DNA of 64,000 nt from an uncultured Clostridia bacterium. GTDB lineage: Bacteria > Bacillota > Clostridia > TANB77 > CAG-508. Below, in pieces: positions 57,685-64,000 of the stretch (the stretch's first letter is position 1; each line of letters begins with the position of its first letter). The notes beneath the pieces were generated by a model. That model searched no databases. It had not been told where the DNA came from and saw nothing but the letters and a program-made list of their open reading frames with translations. The position numbers were made by a program, and so were the translations under genes. Location: positions 5,590 to 69,589 of the forward strand of contig CALXHG010000005.1 in assembly GCA_944388045.1 (NCBI GenBank), given 5' to 3'.

Positions 57685-58155
57685 ATGGAAGAAAAATTTA
57701 TCAAAATCATTAATAAAAATGAATGTACAGGATGCCGAGCTTGTGAACAAGTTTGTCCAGTTAATGCTATAACAATGAAAGAGGATATAGCACATCTGAA
57801 GGAATTGCATATCTAATAAAAAATGGTTATAGAACATGGAGGAGTTGTTTTTGGAAGTGCTTATGATGAAAAATTTATGCCAAGACAAATATATGTTACT
57901 AATATAAATGATTTACAAAAGTTGAGAGGTTCTAAATATGTAACAAGTGATACTCAAAATACATTTCCAAAAGTCAAAAAATTTTTAGAAGAAGGAAAAA
58001 TTGTACTTTATACTGGAGTTCCATGTCAAATAGGTGGCCTAAAAAAAGATTATGACAATCTATATACGATAGACATTATTTGCCATGGTGTACCAAGTCA
58101 AAAGATATTTAAAAAGGGGGAAAAATGGATAAAAAAATTAGAGTTTTATATATAG
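57685..58155 (+). pseudogene. Degraded coenzyme F420 hydrogenase/dehydrogenase beta-subunit-like (4Fe-4S) gene
   Basis: ATG 57685 gives CTGCRACEQVCPVNAI, then a TAA at 57814. A second piece (57823-58155) has GGVVFGSAYD, LRGSKYV, GVPCQIGGLK and ICHGVPS. The second ferredoxin motif and the C-terminal domain are absent. Confidence 0.6.
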
Positions 58156-59243
58156 TTCCGTCTTTAAAAATTTATGATGGAGTTGCTAGTTATGCAATGA
58201 ATTATTTTAGAAGTATTGATAGAGATAAAATACAAATAGATTTTGTTATAGGAATAAATGAAAGAAGTGTATATTTTGATGAAGTTGAAAAATGTGGCAG
58301 TAAAATATTTTATATTCCTAAAATCAGAATAAAAAATAGTATTAAAACAATAAAAAAAATTAAAACTTTTTTAAAAGAAAATGCAAAAAATTATGATATA
58401 ATACATTGCCATGTTTTAAATATGGGAGCATTTTATTTGCATTATGCTAAGAAATATGGAATAAAAGTTAGAATTTTACATAGTCATGTAACTAAAACAG
58501 CAGATTCAAAATTACATGAAATAAGAAATAAGGTATTGTTACCTTATGCAATAAAAAATGCAAATTATTATTGTGCGTGTTCAAAAGATGCTGGAGATAA
58601 AATTTTTATAAACAAGGTTGTTCATGTAATAAAAAATGCAATTAATGGAAAAAGATTTGAATATAATAAAAATGTTAGAGATGAATTAAGAAAATATTAT
58701 GAAATTGAAAAAGATACTTTTGTTATAGGAAATATTGGAAGATTGTGTAATCAGAAAAACCAAAAATTTCTTATAAAAATTTTTAAAGAAATAAATAAAA
58801 AAGTAAAAAATTCTAAATTAATAATTGTTGGAAATGGACCATTAGAGTATGAATTAAAAGAAATTGCTAAAGAAAATTCATTAGAAAAGGATATTTTATT
58901 TTTAGAACCAATGAATAATATTGAAAAAATTTATCAAATATTTGATGTATTTGTATTACCTTCGATATATGAGGGGCTAGGAATAGTACTATTAGAAGCT
59001 CAAATTTCAGGACTTCCTTGTGTGGCTTCTGATGTTGTTCCTGAAGAGGCTCAAATTTCTGAATTGTATAAAAAAATATCTTTAAATGATACTGTTGAAA
59101 ATTGGGTAGAAAATATAATTAATAGTAAAGTAATTAATAGAAAAACTAATTTAAATGGTTTAATAGAGAATAATTATGAAATTGAAACTGAAGCAAAAAA
59201 ATTAATGGAATACTATAACCAGCTTTTGAAAGAGGAAAATTAG
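58125..59243 (+). CDS. GT4 (group 1) glycosyltransferase
   Basis: PSIYEGLGIVLLEAQISGLPCVASD EX7E motif. Confidence 0.85.
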   Translation: MDKKIRVLYIVPSLKIYDGVASYAMNYFRSIDRDKIQIDFVIGINERSVYFDEVEKCGSKIFYIPKIRIKNSIKTIKKIKTFLKENAKNYDIIHCHVLNMGAFYLHYAKKYGIKVRILHSHVTKTADSKLHEIRNKVLLPYAIKNANYYCACSKDAGDKIFINKVVHVIKNAINGKRFEYNKNVRDELRKYYEIEKDTFVIGNIGRLCNQKNQKFLIKIFKEINKKVKNSKLIIVGNGPLEYELKEIAKENSLEKDILFLEPMNNIEKIYQIFDVFVLPSIYEGLGIVLLEAQISGLPCVASDVVPEEAQISELYKKISLNDTVENWVENIINSKVINRKTNLNGLIENNYEIETEAKKLMEYYNQLLKEEN

Positions 59244-60326
59244 ATGACTATTTATATAATTATAATTATATTAACGATATTATTAGGATATTGTTTAAAA
59301 CCTAATAAAAATCAAAAAAATAAAAAAATATATATTATAATAATTTTTTCTATATTGGCTATTGTTGCAGCAATTAGAAATTATACAGTTGGAGTGGACA
59401 CACCTCAATTTTGTGATGCATTTGAAAAAATTTCGAGAATGACGATAGAACAAGCAAAAGAGAGTACAAGATATGAAATTGGATTTATAACTCTATGCAA
59501 ACTTTTAAGTTACATTACTACTGATTATCAAATTTTAATTATTGTAACTAGTTTATTTATAATGTATAGTGTAGGACAGTTTATATATAAGGAGTCAAAA
59601 GATTGTATTTTAAGTTCTTTACTTTTTATTTTATTAAATTGTTATGCAATGTATATGAATGTAATGAGACAAGCTATTGCAATCTCAATAATCCTTTTAG
59701 GATATACATATTTTTTTAAAAATAATAAAATTATAAAGTATTTCTTTACTATTATTTTTGCTAGTTTATTTCACCAATCAGCAATAATAATGATAGTTAC
59801 AATTTTTCTACAAAAATTAAAATTTAAGAATAAATATTTTCTTATAACAATTATAACTTCAGGTATTATTTTTGTTTTTGCAAATCCAATTCTTAATTTA
59901 TTTACTAAACTATTTACTACATATTCTGGATATTTGGAAGGTCAATTTGCAGTTTCAAATTATTTTGCATCAGTTTTAAATGCACTTGTTGCAATAGTTT
60001 TCTTTGTGATAGGTATTTGTTATAATAAAAATAAATTTAAAGAAAAGGATAGAACAGTATTAGATTTTTATGCATTTATGATAATGCTAAATGTTATTTT
60101 TTTTGTTGCAACTATAAAAATAAGTATATTTAATAGATTAACTACATATTTTAATATTTTTAATGTTGTATGGATTCCCGAATTTATAAGCAATATACAG
60201 AAAAAAGAAGATAAAAGGTTTATTTTGTTAATATTATTGTTATGTACATTATTTTATTGGGGAATTATATCAATTTATAGACCAGAATGGCATGGTGTAG
60301 TACCATATAAAACTTTTTTTGAATAG
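59244..60326 (+). CDS. EpsG-family / Wzy-like polysaccharide polymerase
   Basis: About 10 TM segments. N-terminal ...RNYTVGVDT motif typical of EpsG. Confidence 0.7.
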   Translation: MTIYIIIIILTILLGYCLKPNKNQKNKKIYIIIIFSILAIVAAIRNYTVGVDTPQFCDAFEKISRMTIEQAKESTRYEIGFITLCKLLSYITTDYQILIIVTSLFIMYSVGQFIYKESKDCILSSLLFILLNCYAMYMNVMRQAIAISIILLGYTYFFKNNKIIKYFFTIIFASLFHQSAIIMIVTIFLQKLKFKNKYFLITIITSGIIFVFANPILNLFTKLFTTYSGYLEGQFAVSNYFASVLNALVAIVFFVIGICYNKNKFKEKDRTVLDFYAFMIMLNVIFFVATIKISIFNRLTTYFNIFNVVWIPEFISNIQKKEDKRFILLILLLCTLFYWGIISIYRPEWHGVVPYKTFFE

Positions 60327-60336
60327 AGAGGAAAAA

Positions 60337-61191
60337 ATGGAAAAAAAAATTGGAATTATATTATTAAATTATAAAAATTATAATGATACTATAGAATGTA
60401 TAAAATCTATAGAAAATCAAAACTATTCAAATTATTGCATAATAGTAGTAGACAATAATTCACAAAATGAATCTGTAAATGAAATAAAAATTTCTTGTAA
60501 AGATATGAATAATATTTATATAATAGAAAATAAAGAAAACGTAGGTTTTGCAAAGGGAAATAATATTGGAATTAAATTTGCTAAGGAAAATTTAAAATGT
60601 GATTTTGTATTTGTATTAAATACAGACACAGTACTTTTTGACGAAAATACATTAAAAAAATTAATATCATTATATAAACCAGAAGAAAAAATAGCAATTA
60701 TAAATCCAATGTGTTGTGATATAGAAAAAATTATTCAAAAGCCATATTTAATTTATAATTCAAAAATGTGGAAATATGTTATAAGAATGGGAATATATAT
60801 TTTAAAACAAATAATAAAATATATATTTAATTTAGATAAATATAAAAAAAATAATGAGAAATTTAATGTAGAAGAAATTAAAGAAAATAAATATATAATA
60901 CAAGGATGTGCATATATTTTAACACCAGATTTTTTTAAATATTATTCTCAAATTTTTCCCGAAACTTTTTTATATTGTGAAGAATTAGCATTAGCTATTT
61001 ATATTGAAAAGGCTAATCTAAAAATTGAAAATAGTACAGATGTTTTAATTATACATAAAGAGGCTGGCTCAACAAAAGAAATTTTAAAAGATAGAAAAAA
61101 GAAAAAAATAAAATTTCAAATTCAAAGTTATTTTAAAGTTGTTAAACTTTTATTTTATGATTATAAAAAAATAAAAAAATTATATAATTAA
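60337..61191 (+). CDS. Family-2 glycosyltransferase
   Basis: IGIILLNYKNYNDTIECIKSI...VVDNNS...GFAKGNN. Confidence 0.8.
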   Translation: MEKKIGIILLNYKNYNDTIECIKSIENQNYSNYCIIVVDNNSQNESVNEIKISCKDMNNIYIIENKENVGFAKGNNIGIKFAKENLKCDFVFVLNTDTVLFDENTLKKLISLYKPEEKIAIINPMCCDIEKIIQKPYLIYNSKMWKYVIRMGIYILKQIIKYIFNLDKYKKNNEKFNVEEIKENKYIIQGCAYILTPDFFKYYSQIFPETFLYCEELALAIYIEKANLKIENSTDVLIIHKEAGSTKEILKDRKKKKIKFQIQSYFKVVKLLFYDYKKIKKLYN

Positions 61192-61280
61192 AAGTGTATT
61201 AAGGAAAAAATAATTATAAATGATAAAAAATATTAATGAAAAAATATATATTATAATGAAAGATGAAGTGAAGAAAGTTT

Positions 61281-62303
61281 ATGATTAAGATAAGTGTTAT
61301 TATACCTATTTATAATTCTAAAGAATATATAAATAGATGTATAGATAGCTTAGTAAATCAAAAGAATTTTAATGATTATGAGATAATTTTAGTTGATGAT
61401 GGTTCATCAGACGGAAGCGAAAAAGTTTGTGATGAGTATGAAAAGAATTATAAAAATATAAAAGTTTTTCATAAAAAAAATGAAGGTGTAAGTATTGCAA
61501 GAAATAAAGGAATAAAAGAGTCAAAAGGGGACTATATAACATTTGTAGATAGTGATGACTATGTAGATGAATATATGCTATATAATTTTTCTAATGCTAT
61601 TGAAAAATTGCAAAGTGATATTATTTTTTGCGGATATAATAATATATTTGTGAAAAACAATAAGAAAATTATAATTAATGCATGCAAATTTGATAATATA
61701 GATTTATGTGAATTTAATGACAAATATTTCAAAAATTATTATTGCAATTATTTAATACATGGACCATATAATAAGATTTATAAAAGTTGCATAATTAAAG
61801 ATAATAATATAAAGTTTGATGAAAATCTTAAAATATGTGAAGACGCTATTTTTGTAATAGATTGTTTGAAAAAATGTAAAACAATATCAAGTATAGAAGA
61901 ATGTTATTATAATTATATGCAAAACGGAACAAGTGATACATTAATTAGAAAATTTAGCGAAAATGAAATAGAAGCAAATTGGAAACTTTATTATAGTTTT
62001 GAAAAACTTTTAGAAATAGGTAATTTAAAAAATGATAATATTAAAATTGTAAAAGCTGACTTTATAAATAGATTTATTGTTTGTTTGAAAAAAATGTTTT
62101 TAAAGTCTAACTATAATAGAAAAAAATTAATTGAAGAAATTAATAAATATATACATGATGTTAGAAACTTGGATTTTAAAGGAACTAAATATAAAAGTAA
62201 TATTTTAAATAATTTAATTTATTTAGGAATAAAATTTAAAAAAAAATATATAACATATATTTTTTTAAAACTATATGTAATATTAAAGCATAGTTTTCTT
62301 TAG
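61281..62303 (+). CDS. Family-2 glycosyltransferase
   Basis: ISVIIPIYNSKEYI...VDDGSSDGS...VDSDD. Confidence 0.8.
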   Translation: MIKISVIIPIYNSKEYINRCIDSLVNQKNFNDYEIILVDDGSSDGSEKVCDEYEKNYKNIKVFHKKNEGVSIARNKGIKESKGDYITFVDSDDYVDEYMLYNFSNAIEKLQSDIIFCGYNNIFVKNNKKIIINACKFDNIDLCEFNDKYFKNYYCNYLIHGPYNKIYKSCIIKDNNIKFDENLKICEDAIFVIDCLKKCKTISSIEECYYNYMQNGTSDTLIRKFSENEIEANWKLYYSFEKLLEIGNLKNDNIKIVKADFINRFIVCLKKMFLKSNYNRKKLIEEINKYIHDVRNLDFKGTKYKSNILNNLIYLGIKFKKKYITYIFLKLYVILKHSFL

Positions 62304-62312
62304 GAGGATATA

Positions 62313-64000
62313 ATGAAGAAAAACAAAAGCAAAAAAATTATTTTATATATTGTTATTTTTTTAATTATTATAACTACTATTACATTAATATTGTTAAAAA
62401 AAATTAAAATTTTTAATTATATCTATAATACTTTTAATAGTATTTCTAATAGTAAAATTGAGAAAAATTTGAATGAAGAGGTAAACATTGAATTTAATGA
62501 TAATGATAATATAATAATTGGAAATAAAATTAGTATTAAATTAACTCAAAATGTAGATGAATTATATAATAATTATGAAATTAATATTTATTGTGATAAT
62601 AATAAGATTTCTAATTTTGAGCTTGCAGAAAAAAGTAAAGAAGTTGAAATTAATTTTGATAAAGAAGGAAAACATAGTTTAAAAATTGATATTTATAAAG
62701 GAACTGAATTAATAAAAACTCAAAATAATGATTTTTTTGTAATAAATGAATATAAACATCAATTTGCTGAAAAAACGTCTCGTTTTGGAATGTCAACTCA
62801 TTTTGGATTAAATTATAACAGAGATAGTATTAGTAAAGGATTAGATTTATTATTTAATTTAGGAATTAAAAATATAAGAGATAATATTCTTTGGCAACAT
62901 GTTGATAAAGGTGAGGGTAAATATAGTTATAACATATCAGATTCATGGGTGCCATATATTATGGAAAAAAATATAAATATACTAGCTTTGCTTAGTGGGG
63001 GTTATGAAGATGAAAATGGAAAAATCCATTCACAAATAACATCAGAAAGTGAATTATTAAGATATGGAGAATATGTTAAAAGTGTAGTTAATAAATATCC
63101 TGATATAATAGAATATCAAATATTTAATGAACCAAATGCTGGATGGACTGATAATTCTGAAAAAGAATGGTATGCAAAATCAACAATCGAAGTATATAAT
63201 AAATTAAAAGAAACTAATAAATACAAAAGAACTGTAGTTGGAAGTGTTGCAATAAAATATTTAGAGGAAAAAGAATCAATTGATTATTTAACAGATATAG
63301 GTGCTAAATATGGTGCTTTAAAAGAATCTAATACATTTGCTTATCATATGTATACGTCTCAAGAAAATATGCAAAGATTAAAAGAAGTTACAGAATATGC
63401 TAATGAAGCAATAAATAATATAGGTGGATTTACTAACATCTATGTAAATGAAATGGGAATAACAAGTAGTGATGATATAACAGAAATTGACAGAATACAG
63501 AAAATAATAAAACAAATGGTAACTTACATAAACTATGGTATTTCTAAAGTGTATATATATGATTTTAGAGATACAGATAAAGAGGATGGAACTTCAAGAT
63601 ATGGAATTGTAACAAATGATTATATTCCAAAAGAATCTTATTTTATATTAAAAAGATTTTTGGAAAATACTAATGGAGCAGAGTATATTGGAAAAATCAA
63701 AAACCTAGAAGGTATTGAAAATGATAATTTAGAGGTACATGTATATGATAAAGATGGAAAACCAAAAATTATTGTATGGTCAAGTAGTAGTAAAATCAAT
63801 ATAACAGTTCCATATGCAAATTTTAAAGCAACAGATTTATATGGAGAAGAAATACAACCAGATGAAAGTGGAAACTTAGTAATAACAAAAATGCCAATAT
63901 ATATAGATGAAGTAGATTATAACTATTTTTACCAAGCAATATCAAATATGGCAACAGAAAAATATAATGAGTTTACTGAAAAATTTGCTGGAGAAATAGC
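62313..64000 (+). CDS. Membrane-anchored clan GH-A (GH5/GH39-like) glycoside hydrolase, 3' end outside window
   Basis: Not in the supplied ORF track. AGGAGG at 62302-62307, ATG at 62313, and the frame is open to the window end (checked codon by codon). N-terminal TM segment, IFNEPN (acid/base) and VNEMG (nucleophile) motifs. Confidence 0.7.
   Translation, partial: MKKNKSKKIILYIVIFLIIITTITLILLKKIKIFNYIYNTFNSISNSKIEKNLNEEVNIEFNDNDNIIIGNKISIKLTQNVDELYNNYEINIYCDNNKISNFELAEKSKEVEINFDKEGKHSLKIDIYKGTELIKTQNNDFFVINEYKHQFAEKTSRFGMSTHFGLNYNRDSISKGLDLLFNLGIKNIRDNILWQHVDKGEGKYSYNISDSWVPYIMEKNINILALLSGGYEDENGKIHSQITSESELLRYGEYVKSVVNKYPDIIEYQIFNEPNAGWTDNSEKEWYAKSTIEVYNKLKETNKYKRTVVGSVAIKYLEEKESIDYLTDIGAKYGALKESNTFAYHMYTSQENMQRLKEVTEYANEAINNIGGFTNIYVNEMGITSSDDITEIDRIQKIIKQMVTYINYGISKVYIYDFRDTDKEDGTSRYGIVTNDYIPKESYFILKRFLENTNGAEYIGKIKNLEGIENDNLEVHVYDKDGKPKIIVWSSSSKINITVPYANFKATDLYGEEIQPDESGNLVITKMPIYIDEVDYNYFYQAISNMATEKYNEFTEKFAGEI

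Overview
Low-GC Firmicutes/Clostridia-like chromosomal segment (about a quarter G+C by eye). Nearly all of it is transcribed on the + strand; only 2 of about 60 genes are on the - strand. No tools were run, so all family calls come from motif recognition in the supplied translations.

Layout, left to right:
(1) Housekeeping genes: the dtd 3' end, an amine dehydrogenase and a CaCA antiporter.
(2) A decayed mobilisable-element relic: tnpV, a nonsense-interrupted DUF1016/MobV chimera and a DUF6076-like gene. It is bracketed by same-orientation GC-rich 22-bp repeat arrays.
(3) An accessory block: a DUF2975/YozG pair, membrane proteins, DUF5131, an ECF sigma/anti-sigma pair, and an SOS-type Y-family polymerase with YolD.
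(4) Core genes: tRNA-Tyr, rpiB-like, GT2, plsC, typA, trmB, ftsEX with two M23 proteins and ctpA, pgsA, greA, lexA, GH18 and hpf.
(5) A cell-surface region: vanZ, three tandem secreted CAP-domain paralogues, and a glycopolymer biosynthesis locus that runs off the right edge.

Main candidates for something undescribed:
(a) The three CAP-domain paralogues carry 11, 11 and 7 copies of a ~42-aa C-terminal repeat I cannot assign to a known family. With the adjacent polysaccharide locus (which includes a pyruvyl transferase), they may form a non-covalent surface-protein anchoring system.
(b) A family of GGGACCGACCCC repeats occurs in strictly 22-bp-periodic arrays: about 20 copies at four intergenic sites, two of them forming large hairpin-capable inverted structures. 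They are associated with AGAACCGGTAC motifs.
(c) Large palindromes carry a shared TCGCTnACGC core.
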